Below are positions 47,478 through 60,064 of a DNA stretch of 64,000 nucleotides, piece by piece. Numbering within the stretch: the first letter of the stretch is position 1; every line of letters starts with the position of its first letter. The stretch covers positions 62,001 to 126,000 of the forward strand of contig JAVECO010000011.1 in NCBI GenBank assembly GCA_051942205.1, read 5' to 3'. This stretch comes from Coniocarpon cinnabarinum. Lineage: Eukaryota. A program made the translations under genes and the position numbers. Under the pieces are notes generated by a model. The model was not told where the DNA came from. It saw only the letters and a list, made by a program, of their open reading frames with translations, and made no database searches.

Positions 47478-49515
47478 GGCGAATTGAGTTTGTTGAGAGG
47501 CTTTGAATGATCGAGGTAAGCTGTTGTGTAGAGGTTGAGAGCTGTTCAGAGATGGTTTTGTTGAGAGAGTGCAGACCACAAAAGAGACGGTGAGCTGGAG
47601 GACACTTTGCTTGCATTAAAGGTAAAGAAACGCAGAGTTGCAACATGGCCAGATGTCTTGTCTGAGAAGGGTAAGCATACGGTGTTCACACTTTCGCAGG
47701 CAAAGCTTAGTGTTTCAGGGCTCAAGAGGCAAATCCATCGCTAAATTCACCAGCGATCGAACGATGAAGCATGGGAATTCAGTTCAGCTTCAGATCGGAT
47801 CGTAGAAAACCGTGGGGCTTGGGCACACGTTGTTGACAGCTTTTACTTGCACGTGGGTCAGTGAGCCGGAAGTGGCGCTTGGATGCCCAAGCGACAGTCT
47901 TTCTAGACGCAGCTTGGACTCTTCTGCGAACACCGAATTATTTTGAGAAAGGGGACAGGTGGTATAGAGGGATAAGTACAAGTGTCCACATTGTATCTGA
48001 CTGGGAAAGAGCTTTGAATCACGCACTTGGGGCTGGGAACCTTGGGTGGTACCGCAAGAGACGGAATCTGGGGTACAAGCACGGAAATCATGGAGACTGT
48101 GGAAGCAATGAAGAAGAGAGTGTCTGGCATGAAGTCGGAAGCTGTTACAATGCATGTATCAATGGCGGGTGATCGACACGTTCATGTCGACCTCAGGGAC
48201 CAGCAGGGTCCTCGGTGGCAGACAGATGTCGCAAGAACGGAGGGTGTGCGGCAGTCCACGTGACCGTGGCCATTGTAACAGGTGGGAAGTCAGGAGAAGG
48301 AAGAAGCCACGCGACATGAATGAATGGAAGATTCCTCCCGTTCCAGCAAGGAGGTCTGGCAAGGCAAGACGGCAGTGACAGCGGCACAATGCTTTGGGGG
48401 CCAGATGCCGCCTCCGTCTGGCACACTTTTGCGTGTGACACATTCATTAGGTACCTGCCCAATGACCGTCCCGAGACAGAGTGACCGCAACACAGACTCC
48501 CGACCAAACCTGCCCCGTAATGTGGGAAAAGCCAACCAACAGACCTAGTCATCTGCTGCAGCGCGTTTGTCTTCGCTTCTCCTGGTTTCGCGGCGTCTCA
48601 GGACCCGGTAGATCAGCTACGTGGGCGCGTCTGCCACAGGATCAGGTGAGCAGTGCCAACGGATGGACGCCCTTCCAGGCCACACACTGGACGAGGTAAC
48701 GCTGCCGAGCGTAGCATCGAACCGTGGAGAAGTCAGGAAATTAAGAGTGACTCAATGCGGGCCACGTCTTTACGTAAGGTTTTTGTGGGATCGCGATGGC
48801 GTGGACGAGCAAGCGATATAACGACCCAGAACGCGAGAAGCGCCTGCCGTGGTGCCGGGGTCAGACCGAGCAACTGCTTGCAGTAGGCGAGAATCCTCTT
48901 CAACGAATGTCTGCTGGGCCATTGGGAGAGGGAGCGGACACACCGCTGGGGTTTGCGCGATGCACGTGAAGACGGCAAGAAAGCTCTGCGACAGGGACGG
49001 GAGTTGGGGAGAGCATCGCGAGGGTGAGAGGCATCTCGATTGAGGATCAGGAGGACCTGGCAGCAGCTGGAGGAGCGAGTGCTGAGGGCGGATGGAGATG
49101 GAGATGGAGATGGGCAATTTCACGACACGCTTGTTCGTAGCGAGCAGCCACTCCACGCCCGACACCGCTCCAGCACGCGGACGAGACTCTGCCACGGCCA
49201 CACCGCTGATTGGCTCCCTCCACGTTATATTCAGGGGCACCGACCGCCCGGCGTTGGAGTGGACCTTGCAGTAGCGCGCTCACTTCGGCACTAGTCTCCC
49301 CTTTTCAAACATGCCCTCATATAAACCTCCAGGTTCATCTGTTCCCTCCTTCTCTTCCTCTCTCTTTTTCCATTGCATTCACAAGCAAAGTCACTCGTTC
49401 AACTCCAACTACATACATCTAATAATACCAACACCGCTTTCAGCGCATTCAGTCCTTGCCAAACACCACACTTCCGCTTCTTAGCAACTACCAAGTAATT
49501 CCAACTTCAGTCAAA

Positions 49516-50576
49516 ATGCAGTACTCCTACGTCGCCGTGGCCGCTGGCCTCATCTCTACCGCCGCTGCCATGCAGTCTGCTGGTCCTCCGGCTGGCTACA
49601 GCGCTCCGGCCAGCAGTGCTCCTGCTGCCAGCGCTCCCGCTAACAGCGCCCCTGCGGTCTACACGACCTCCTACGCCACCCACTTGACCACCTACTGCCC
49701 AGGTACGCGGAAATGTGATGGATCTTGCATGTCCTAGGATCAAGTGACTGACATCCATGAGCAGAGGCCGGCACTTACACCTTCGGTCCCAGCACCGTGA
49801 CCGCCACCAAGCCCACCACGGTCACCGTCTCTGACTGCTCTTGCACCGTCTCGGCGCCCGCTAAGCCCACTTCCCCGGCTACCAGCGTCCCACCACCAGT
49901 CTCGGTCTCGACCCCGGTCTCCGCGCCAGCGACCTCTGCTCCGGCTACCAGCAAGCCCGCCACCTCTGCGCCAGCTACCTCCGCGCCAGCCACTTCGGCT
50001 CCTGCGACCACTGCGCCCGCTGGTTCTGCTCCTGCTGGCTCCGCCCCGGCTAACTCTGCCCCGGCCGCTGGCTGCGCTGTGACCACCATCAAGGACGGCC
50101 AGCCCCAGGTGCCCGCCTCTTGCTACTCCTCTGCACCCGCGACCTCCGCCGTCGCTACCTCTCCCAAGGCCTCCGCGCCCGCTGCCAGCGCACCAGCTGC
50201 TTCCGCTCCGGCTGCGTCCGCCCCAGCTGGCTACGCTCCTCAGGCCTCTGCGCCCGCTGCGTCCGCTCCCGCTGCATCTGCTCCAGCTGCCAGCGCTCCT
50301 GCCGCATCCGCTCCGGCCGCCTCTGCCCCAGCTGGCTACGCACCAGCTGCATCTGCCCCGGCTGCCTCCGCACCCGCTGCCAGCGCTCCGGCTGCGTCTG
50401 CCCCAGCCGGCTACGCTCCCCAGGTCTCCGCCCCAGGCGCCTCTGCTCCCGCCCTGAGCTCCCCCAAGCCCGCCACCCCGGTCTCGACTCCCCCAGCCAA
50501 GTACACCGGCGCTGCCTCCTCCTTCGGTGTCTCCGCCGGTGCCGCTCTCTTCGGTCTTGCCGCTTACTTCCTGTAA
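49516..50576 (+). CDS. GPI-anchored cell-wall mannoprotein (ccg-6/Sed1-like, one PIR repeat)
   Basis: Signal peptide; TTYCP...TVSDCSCTV; TIKDGQPQ; many ASAPA repeats; C-terminal GPI signal; intron 49703-49764. Confidence 0.88.
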
Positions 50577-51600
50577 GCAGTTTGCTGTTGATGAGTTCAG
50601 TAGTCACGACTTTGGCACGGCGTTTTCAAAAGCGGAGCTCAAGTGGTGAGGGTAGTAATTTGGAGAGTTGGAGAAGGTTCTGCAGTGGCCCTTTGCACAT
50701 ACTCGACACGGATGTACTCAACGTTGGATTGCTTCCTTCCATGTTTTCTTTTGTACAGTCCATGACGACTCCAGTCTGATCGATTTGGTCGGGAATCTGT
50801 GAGCATGGCACTTTTTTCGACAGTTCCGCGGACGGTTTTACGTGTCCGGTCAATGATATCCCCAAGATGTTGATAGTCGAAGATTGTTTCACTCGAATTA
50901 CGTCTTGCCCCTGGCACGGTTTTGGTCCAGGGACTGTTTTGAAATTTGCTTTGGTCTTTTGAAGCGCGTGATCTGCTATCATTGAATGTTGTGCTTTCGC
51001 TGCGGTGCTATTGACTGCTATTGATCGTCTCTGTCCAACGTGCATGAACCCCTGAGATGGCGTGCAGATAGGCAGGGTACAATTGTTCCTGCATTTTCAT
51101 CACAATCGCTCTCACTCAGTCTTTCTATATTCACCAATAATCGGGTCCGAGACGACAAACTCTTTGCCATCATATGCCCATTCAAATTCACAATACAAGA
51201 CCTTTAACATCAATGGTAACTCGCACGTTGGCGACAAGGCTAGACATATATGATACCTACCGACACCAACAGGTGCTCAAACTCTTATATTCAGAACTGT
51301 GGCCAATGGGAAGATTGAACCAGAATGTGAAATCCCAAGAAAAGTCTCGTAAATCGTCTCATTGTCTCCATTGACATATGAAAATACTTAACAAGAAGCA
51401 GCAAGTCTATCTCCTTTGGGTACAGAATCGACGGGCCTCGCCAAGTGTCATCCTAGGCTGTCTGTCCATGCTGGCTTGGAAGTTCCTGAATCGTCATAAT
51501 AGAAGCGGTAGTATACGAATGCTGTAAGAAAGTTGCATTTTAGGACGAGCCATGGATTTAGCGTTTGTCCGCATTGCCTTACGATCTGCTTGCGCCGGAA

Positions 51601-52587
51601 TCATCCACTTCTCCCCCATTCCAAGGTATAATCGATGACATATCGGATGCACCACGTGACCGTGACAGAACCCCACGAAACGTAGATTCTGAAACCCTCA
51701 TGATTCGTCGATACCTCTGACTCGTACTCTGGATCGCAGAAATGCATGTTGTATCTTCTCAGGAAGTCCCTGGATGTTATAGCATATATGGCTACAGCAA
51801 CAATGGTAGTGGCTACGATGAACCCAATATTGACACGGTCAGTGCGGCCAAACAGCATTCCTAGAGCCGTTAACAGGAGTGGGCACAAAGCAAAGACCAC
51901 GAATAACCTGATCAGTTCGAAAGGCCGGTCATTGGGGCAGAAGTGTTCGTGGAAGCCAACGAATTGCACGATTGTCCAGATCCAGAAGCCGAAGTGGCAT
52001 GTGGCAGCGATCGCTGCCCATCTAGGAACTTTCAGTGGCCACGGCAGTCTTATGAAATCTGATTCGTCTATTTCGTCTCCTTTTTCTCCTCCCTTCTCCC
52101 TCACCACACCGAACCACAGCTTGGGCTCATTCAAGCTCTGAGTTGAAGGTGGAGGGCGCAACATGTTAAAGTGGAGCAATTCACGTCGCGTAAAGTTGAC
52201 CATGTTCGTCCAGAGCAGTCCACGATAGCCCATCTGCTTCACCAGCTGAAGCACAGCGGCCAAGGGAAGTAGGACATGTGTTGCAAATTCCTGTAAACGT
52301 GACTTGGAATTCCTGCTTAACGGATCATTTGCATCCCTAGCTTGCCTCACCGCAGCATCCTGCAACGCTGCTCGAATGGACCTGCGTTTGAGACACTGAC
52401 GAGAGATGTACAAACCATTGTCTAGAGTGTCCGCACAGCAATAAAAAGGAGACGATAGCTATCCGGCTTTACCGTAGGGGGGGGGTTGGCAGACACGACC
52501 GCCTTCCTGAGTCATGCTGTTGCGGGCGACGAGCGCAATGGCGAAGAAGGCGCTCTGCCAGGAGACGGGCTCTGGGCTGTCGTCCAT
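51601..52587 (-). pseudogene. Multi-pass membrane protein gene interrupted by one in-frame TAG (52459-52461)
   Basis: From ATG 52587, MDDSPEPVSWQSAFFAIALVARNSMTQEGGRVC...AG*LSSPFYCCADTL runs in frame into the 270-aa ORF, which has several hydrophobic helices. Confidence 0.6.
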
Positions 52588-53287
52588 GACCCTACGTGCC
52601 CAGACGGATCAGCATGACTGAAGCAATTCGAAGATGGCTCAGAGCACCTTTATACACTTCGTTGCTACAGAACGTCAGGCAACCTCTAAACCTGCAGCGG
52701 GAGTGCCCAGCCACGCAACGGGGGGATTCCAGAGCTGAAGGCGAGTCATGTCTGTTGCTATTGCATCTCCATCTATAAGGGACATCTGCATCTCCGCCGG
52801 GCTTTGTGTAGCGTCTTATGAATATATTTAGAGAGGGAATCTTTCTCCAGTCCCTTGAGATAGCTGTATGCATAATCGATAGCCCGATGAGGCATCCGGA
52901 GCGGCATCCCAACCACACGCCCCCAAAGCTTCACAGCCGCGACGTGTCCGATCTGTGCCGGACCCCATGTTTTAAAAGATATCTGTATCTGCTCGTTGCT
53001 TGTGGATGTACTGTTTGTCTGTCTCGAGGTCTGCTCAAGGCTTTGCACGATTCTATAGGATCGAGGAAAAGACCCGCTCCCTGCCCATTCCACGTCTGAC
53101 TCTCATCTCGTCTTTCAGCTTGTGTATCCTTCCTGGCCTCCGCTTGCCTCGGTCGAACACCGCTCGCTCGCTATCTCACATTCTGGTCACACAGTCTCTG
53201 CGCTACCGCACCCCCTCGTGTTGTCAGCCTCGCCTGCGAACCAGTTTGCCTCGACGACGAATCATTCCAAAGTGTATTTCGAGGCTC

Positions 53288-56200
53288 ATGACCCAAGCTG
53301 CAAACATGGACACACCAAAGCAAGGGTCCAAGCGCAAACAAGCTCCGAACAATGCCTCGTCGTCTCGTCCTACTAAGATCCACAGGACTCGTGGAAGGGA
53401 AAAGGTGGATCACGTCCCCCAACATGGAAACAAGGAAGTCATCGCTTCAGAACCTGATCATAGCCCCGAGAACAAAGTAGACACTCCGGGAAGAAGACAT
53501 TTCGTCATGGATGATCAGCAGTGGCAGGCGACCATTGAAAAAGCAATACCCAATGTTGTTAGCATACGCTTCTGCACCACGGCTGCATTTGACACGGAAG
53601 AAGCCGGAACGTCAGAGGCAACAGGCTTTGTGGTCGACGCAAAGCGCGGCCTGATCCTGACCAATCGACACGTTGTCAATCCAGGACCATTTTGGGGTTT
53701 TTGCGTGTTTGAAAATCACGAAGAGACAGACGTCTGGCCAGTATATCGAGACCCTGTGCATGACTTTGGATTCCTCAAGTTCAATCCTAAAAAGGTTGAG
53801 TATATGCAGCTTAGCGAGCTACAAATACGACCAGACAAGGCTCAAGTCGGCACAGAGTTCCGCATGGTGGGAAATGATGCGGGCGAGAAACTCAGCATAC
53901 ATTCTGGGGTTGTCAGTCGTTTGGATCGGAATGCCCCAGAATATCATGAAGGGTATTGCGACTTCAATACCAACTACATCCAGGCCGCGGCAGCTGCCAC
54001 GGGAGGTTCCTCGGGCAGTCCGATCGTCAACCTCGATGGACACGCCATTGCAATGCAGGCTGGAGGTCGCAATGACGCCGCTACAGACTACTTCCTTCCC
54101 TTGGACCGACCGAGACGAGCATTGGAATGCCTGCAGAAGCAGCAACCCATCACGCGAGGTACCATTCAGGCCCAATGGCTGATAAAGCCTTTCGATGAGT
54201 GCAAACGGCTTGGCCTGTCCAAGAAGTGGGAGAACTACATTAGAAAAGAGTTCCCGAAAGAAACGGGTCTTCTGGTTGCAGAAGTGGTGCTTCCTGAGGG
54301 TCCTGCGCATCATTCTATTGAAGAAGGCGACATTCTCATGTCTGTTAATGACGAGCCGCTGACCAAATTCGTCCGACTCGACGAGATACTTGACTCCATG
54401 GTCGGACAGGAAATCGAGCTCATGGTGCAACGTGGCGGAGAGGACATCAAGGTCAAAATCTCAGTGCAAGACCTTCACGCTATCACGCCAGATCGTATGA
54501 TTCAAGTTGCCGGTGGATCTTTCCACACCACTTCGTATCAGCAAGCCCGTCTGTATGGCATTGCTTGCAAGGGTGTTTTTGTTTGTGATGCTGTGGGTGC
54601 CTTTAGGCTTGAACCCGGTGCTGCAGGTTACCTCATCACGTCGATCGATCACCAAGAAACACCTGACTTGGAGACGTTCATCGAGGTCATGAAGAATGTA
54701 CCAGACCGTGCACGCGTCGCAATCCAATACAAATACCTCGCTGACATGCACACTTTGAACACCATCATCGTGCAGGTGGATAGGCACTGGTTCAGGAAGA
54801 TGCGTATGGCCATTCGCAATGATGAAACTGGATTCTGGGACTTTAAAGACCTAGCTGATGCGTTGCCACCAAATCAGCCCACATCTGGTCGAGCAACGTT
54901 CCCCACGCCCAAGGGCGAGAAAAACTCAGTCACGTCAGAGATGCTTCGATCGTTTGTCCGCGTGTCGACTTCGCTTCCAGTCAAACTCGACGGCTTCCCC
55001 AAAACTAGGAAGGTCGGACATGGTCTTGTCGTTGACGCAGACAAAGGTCTGGTCGTGGTGTCCCGTGCCATCATTCCATACGACCTTTGCGACATCAGCG
55101 TCACGATTGCAGAAAGCCTCATTGTGGAAGCAAGTGTTGTCTTCATGCACCCATTGCTCAATTTCAGCATCATTCAATACGACCCTAAGCTTGTGGAAGC
55201 GCCCGTTCAATCGGCCAAGTTGTCAGAGTATCACGTCGATCAAGGCGATGAATGCATCTTCTTCGCTTTCAATCACAATCTCCGTCACGTCAAAGCCAAA
55301 ACCTCGGTCACGGATGTCTCTTCTGTATCTGTTCCCGCGTCACAATCGACTCCTCGTTACCGTGCTGTCAACATGGAGGCTGTCACTATCGACTCTGGTC
55401 TCTCCCAGCAGTGCGGCACCGGGGCTCTTGTTACCGAGGACGCCACTGTTCTCGCCCTCTGGATGTCGCATCTCGGCGAACGCAACTGCCACGGCCGTGA
55501 CACTGAGTATCACCTCGGTCTGCCCTCCCCTTGCATCATCCCTGTCGTCCGCCAACTCCAAGCGGGCACTGTACCCAACCTCAACATCGTCAACGCCGAA
55601 TTCACCACATCCCACATCAGCCAAGTCCGCACCATGGGCCTCTCCGAAGCCTGGATCCAGCGCGTGGAAGCCGAGGACTCAGAACACCATCAGCTCTTCA
55701 TGGTGCGCAAAGTCGACTCCGACCTCCCTGTCGTCGATGGCGACCGCCTCGCAGAAAGCGATACCCTCCTCACCCTCAACGGCAAGCTCATCACCCAGAA
55801 CCGCGACTTCGAAATCCAATACGACGCTGATTTCCTCGACGCCGTCGTCCTACGCAAAGGTAAAGAGAAACACCTCAAGGTCAAGACGGTCTCGACTGCA
55901 GACCTCAACACGTCTCGTGCCGTCTCTTTCGCTGGTGCCATTCTCCAGCCACCTCATCATGCCGTCCGCCAGCAAATCTCAAAACTCCATTCACACATCT
56001 ACATTGGTGCCAAATCGCACGGCTCACCCGCCGATATGTACGGCCTTGCGCCCACGAATTTCATCATCGGCGTCAACGGCACATCCGTCGATAATCTGGA
56101 CGAATTTCTCAAAGAGATCGGTAAAGTGGGCGATAATACGTATTTCCGGCTCAAGATGATGAGTTTTGATGATGTGCCTTTTGTGGTTACAATGAAGAAG

Positions 56201-56341
56201 TGTGAGCATTATTTCCCGACGTTGGAGTGGCGGAAGGATTCTGTGGGCAAGTGGGAACGGAGGGAGGTTGAAGGGCACAGTGGGGAGGGGTTTGAGGGGG
56301 AGGCTATGCAGACTGATGCCTTGCCTTTTGGGGAGGAGTGA
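53288..56341 (+). CDS. NMA111: Pro-apoptotic HtrA-like serine protease Nma111
   Basis: ATGFVVD...LTNRHVV...DPVHDFG...GGSSGSP protease domain, PDZ-like domains and a second degenerate protease domain; start ATG 53288 or 53306. Confidence 0.96.
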   Translation: MTQAANMDTPKQGSKRKQAPNNASSSRPTKIHRTRGREKVDHVPQHGNKEVIASEPDHSPENKVDTPGRRHFVMDDQQWQATIEKAIPNVVSIRFCTTAAFDTEEAGTSEATGFVVDAKRGLILTNRHVVNPGPFWGFCVFENHEETDVWPVYRDPVHDFGFLKFNPKKVEYMQLSELQIRPDKAQVGTEFRMVGNDAGEKLSIHSGVVSRLDRNAPEYHEGYCDFNTNYIQAAAAATGGSSGSPIVNLDGHAIAMQAGGRNDAATDYFLPLDRPRRALECLQKQQPITRGTIQAQWLIKPFDECKRLGLSKKWENYIRKEFPKETGLLVAEVVLPEGPAHHSIEEGDILMSVNDEPLTKFVRLDEILDSMVGQEIELMVQRGGEDIKVKISVQDLHAITPDRMIQVAGGSFHTTSYQQARLYGIACKGVFVCDAVGAFRLEPGAAGYLITSIDHQETPDLETFIEVMKNVPDRARVAIQYKYLADMHTLNTIIVQVDRHWFRKMRMAIRNDETGFWDFKDLADALPPNQPTSGRATFPTPKGEKNSVTSEMLRSFVRVSTSLPVKLDGFPKTRKVGHGLVVDADKGLVVVSRAIIPYDLCDISVTIAESLIVEASVVFMHPLLNFSIIQYDPKLVEAPVQSAKLSEYHVDQGDECIFFAFNHNLRHVKAKTSVTDVSSVSVPASQSTPRYRAVNMEAVTIDSGLSQQCGTGALVTEDATVLALWMSHLGERNCHGRDTEYHLGLPSPCIIPVVRQLQAGTVPNLNIVNAEFTTSHISQVRTMGLSEAWIQRVEAEDSEHHQLFMVRKVDSDLPVVDGDRLAESDTLLTLNGKLITQNRDFEIQYDADFLDAVVLRKGKEKHLKVKTVSTADLNTSRAVSFAGAILQPPHHAVRQQISKLHSHIYIGAKSHGSPADMYGLAPTNFIIGVNGTSVDNLDEFLKEIGKVGDNTYFRLKMMSFDDVPFVVTMKKCEHYFPTLEWRKDSVGKWERREVEGHSGEGFEGEAMQTDALPFGEE

Positions 56342-57629
56342 GGGATCTTGGTGATGGATGCTCTGAGTAGGTTTCGGAGTGCATTTGGTGTAGGCAGTGA
56401 TGTTGGAAACGTGATTGTGTGTTTGAATCTGTAGATAGAGCAGTAGAGCATAATTTAATGTTGCATACGGAGCTACTGTCCTGACTCGGCTCGTTGAATA
56501 TCATCGCCGCTTGGCTTCGTGGTCCAAAAGTTTCTCCCGACGTTCGCAATTTCTTCGCCCGTGGCATTTAGCTGGATGAGGCTTTGGAGATACTATCTTG
56601 GACGAAGGGGATCTCAGACTGCCTGGTCTAGGGTGTAGGACTTGGGCTGTAGAACAATGCCTCACTCACTCAGGCATCACTCACTCGCAGCATTGATGAA
56701 ATCCAGTGAGCGACGATCCTTATCCTATCGCTAGCGAGACTGCCGTAAATCGTGACCCGCAACGGTGTTAACACGCTTACGGCTAGTATCAGGCATCCCT
56801 ATGGCACAGCAAATGACGATCTCATGTTCCTGCGTCTGCATCTATCTCTGCAACACCTACGACTTGTGCCTGAGAAAGGGTCTCTTTTCGGGGTACGACT
56901 TTACTGTTGCGAGGCGATGAAAAGGACGGGGACGTAACAGCAGATGTGGAAATTGGAAATATCAATGAAGTAGTGTAGAGAGAGTCTTCTTGACGTTTTG
57001 GGTCGTGCGGGGTGCTGCATCGAAAAATGTGCTTGGGCTGTTCTCTTCCAGGACATTAATGTTGTTCGGGGTTGTATTCTGTAAGCTGAAGGGGGAGGCA
57101 CCCGTGGATATAAGAATCTAGAATCTGTGATCAGAGAATGGTGGGGCTGCTTGCGCTGCTTCAGACCGCCTAAAACCGGGCGCTGTATAAGAGTAATATC
57201 GAAGTACGGAAGAACAAAGCAATTCTGCTGCGATGACACGTTGGACTTATCACTGTAGCATGGGCTGTGAGTGTAGGGTCACTTGGGCTGTGTTTGGATA
57301 GCATAGATGTTGGTACTGTGAGACAAGAGAAGAGACGCACACGTTGGAGGCGTTCAGCTTGCGAAAGTTCATGATCGAATATCTAAGAAAAACCCGGCAA
57401 GAGACTTACTTCATAAAGCTTGATGGAAGTGGTGCGCCTGCTGCGCTGTTTCGTATTGCCCGAAAGCCAAGCACCGCGTGAAAGTAACATCTCTAGTAAC
57501 TAATCGTATACATTGCGTACCGTCCTCGCGCTGCTGTCAAGCCTAGCGCGCTTCTAAAACATCATTCCGATCCCGAACGCCAGAGCGGAGCATCAATCAT
57601 CGCTAAAGAAACTCATCTTTTTCCATGGT

Positions 57630-58880
57630 TCAAATAATGTCTTTGCGCTCCCAACCGGTCGGTCGCTGATACCTGATATCCTTCGTTGGGTGAGGACTGG
57701 AGTCATCGCGATACTCCGACACGTAAGGGTTGGGGTCTTCAGCTTGTTCGAGATTGCCTAGGGTATGATTGACTTCTCGATGCTTAGACTCGTCGGCGCG
57801 GATGTAGAGAAGGAGGTCTCGCATTGACTGATGGCCGTCGGGCATGTTCCAGTATTTGATGGCTGTCACAAGTTAGCCATGACATGGTCCGGACTGTCGG
57901 TCATGCGCAGATCTCACCAATGTCTGGAGCTTGCAAGTTCTCCCATTTCGGTAGCCGGCCTGCGTCGAGATCGTTGAGCTCGCGCGTATACGTCAACACG
58001 GCCTCTTCTTCGAGATAGCCCACGAAGCGGTGGGCTGTCCGCGGACTGATGAGGTAGGCGATGAAGAAGCCGTTGAAGAAGACGCCTTGGGTGAGGAGGA
58101 CTGAGACTCGCATGAACCACCCTGGCTCGTACATCTTCAGGAAGGTGAGGAGGTGCATTCTGCAGGTTTCAGCAAATTGATGGTGAGCAAGGTTGTGAGT
58201 GATGGCTCTTACCGCTCGTTATACGACTCTTCCAGAAGTGTTTCGATCCTGTGGCGATATTGAGTACGACCTTTTGACTACTTCGTGGTGAAATCGGCTC
58301 ACCATCCTTGATCTCGTTTCAACTTCCTCATGCTGTGCAGATGGCGCAACATGCCACCAACCATGCCAGGCACACCAGCCACACTCTCCAAAAAGACATT
58401 CCGCCTCATGTACTTCTTCTCCGTCATCGCGAACTGCACCGTGCCATCAGGTCCGACCTTGTCCGCCTTCCCATGCGTGTACCCAGTGACAAAGTCAAGC
58501 CCCCACCTCATGAAGCGCACCGCGCCCAGTGCGACATAGTCAGACCAGTTGTTGGCCTCCCGATGGGCGATCTTGACTTCGTTCATCTGCGCTTCCGTGT
58601 AGATGGGATGAGGCCATGCTGGCTTTGTCTCGCGGATCTGCTCAGTGCGGCTGGGAGGGAAGAACTCGCGGTGGGCCACCGACGTGAAAGAGAAGGGACG
58701 CTTCGTTTGGGTCGTGAAGGATGCAGGGACATCTCTGCCCGACGCATGGACACTGAAGCCTCTGACGCAGACTGCGGGACCAGCCTGGCTCTTGGTCAAG
58801 CCCAGGAAGCCATTTGAAAGGCTGCGGCCGAAGCCGCGAGATGTGGCGCGGATGACAAGAGGGTGTGGTGTGTGGATCAT
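57630..58880 (-). CDS. AOX1: Mitochondrial alternative oxidase
   Basis: Exons 58303-58880, 58213-58248, 57918-58159, 57630-57862; motifs [29 protein letters not shown]-terminal targeting-like peptide. Confidence 0.97.
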
Positions 58881-59248
58881 GGGAAATGTAAGTCAAAGAA
58901 TCGTTGATCGATGATTGAGAATGCAAAATGGATTGAGTCTAAAATACAAGAAAGAGGGAGGGAGGCGAACATCTGATCTTGCGTTCTTTATCTGAACCCG
59001 CGCAGGCTGACTGCAGCCCCGAATCTTCCCCTCTGGCCAGCTGGGGCGCTGTGGCTTGCGGCAACGCAGCAAGCTCGACACACCGCCATTTCTCGCAGAT
59101 TTTTCTACAAATCTTGTTGTAGAGATTGCTGTGGTGCTGAGACCAGCTGTGGGAGAGAGGAGGGGAGCACGTTCAGGTTGCGGCGACGTCGTTGTTGCTG
59201 GGACGCGGATCGGACGCGCTAATTTTGGGAGGGAGGCTGAGTCAGCGT

Positions 59249-59261
59249 CGGGAGATGTCGG
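59249..59261. promoter_or_regulatory. CGG(N7)CGG alternative-oxidase induction motif (AOD2/AOD5, AcuK/AcuM type site)
   Basis: CGG-GAGATGT-CGG about 370 bp upstream of the AOX ATG; TGAGTCA adjacent at 59238-59244. Confidence 0.6.
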
Positions 59262-60064
59262 ATCGGGCTTGAGAGTTGATCATTGCCACTTTTCGTTGAC
59301 ACCTCGACCTTATAGATCCTTTGGACATGCAAATGTGGGCCCGCGTGATTCTTGCTCAAATACTTACAAGTCAACAGCATCCTTGACTGAATCGACTTCG
59401 GCTACCTGCCTCCCTTTAGTGGTCAAAATGGAAAAGCATATCAGAGGCTCTAGTCATCGTCCCATGGAATGCGCACGAGTAAGCTGAGTATCGAGAAGGT
59501 CGTTTAGAATGGACATGACGGGCGGAAGACTTATGCACCTGTCACGATGTCGATTGGTGTTGTTTGATGGAAGTGTGTTGATACGACGAGCATCACCGAG
59601 ACTTGTTTGCGTTTCTCTCCAAGCTGTGGCCTTCCCGATCTTTTCCTTTCTCTTATTTTCATCTACCTCTTAGAGAATCGTCGTTTGCTTTAATTGAACC
59701 TGTCAGCTCTGTGACCTAAGATGGTTGTTGCATCACATGCACGGCGAGTGGTAAACACGAGGCTGTTTGCTGCTATCAGATAGGTAGCCTTGCTTGCCGG
59801 CCAACGATGTCTGGGCTGAGTTCTACTGTCTTTGAAGACACTCAAGCTTGAGCTCATGTTTGCTCAAACACTCTCAAGCGCATACAGGATGGGCAAACAA
59901 GCTGCAGGGGTATGTTTGCGCCGATACGTAAGTCTGTTTGGTCAACGTTTGCGTTCTGTGTTCTGCGGTCTATATATTCTCTTCTCGTATGCAAAGATGT
60001 TGTCCTTCACTCTATTCAGTACAAAGCACTATTTCCTCCTCTCCGTCAATAACCAAAATCCGGG

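Noticed and set aside
53000..53287. N-terminal extension of NMA111
   Set aside because: Begins at a non-ATG codon and looks like UTR; ATG 53288 or 53306 fits better.
54858..56159. 433-aa alternative-frame ORF inside NMA111
   Set aside because: Ser/Pro/Thr-rich product expected from the codon bias of the real gene.
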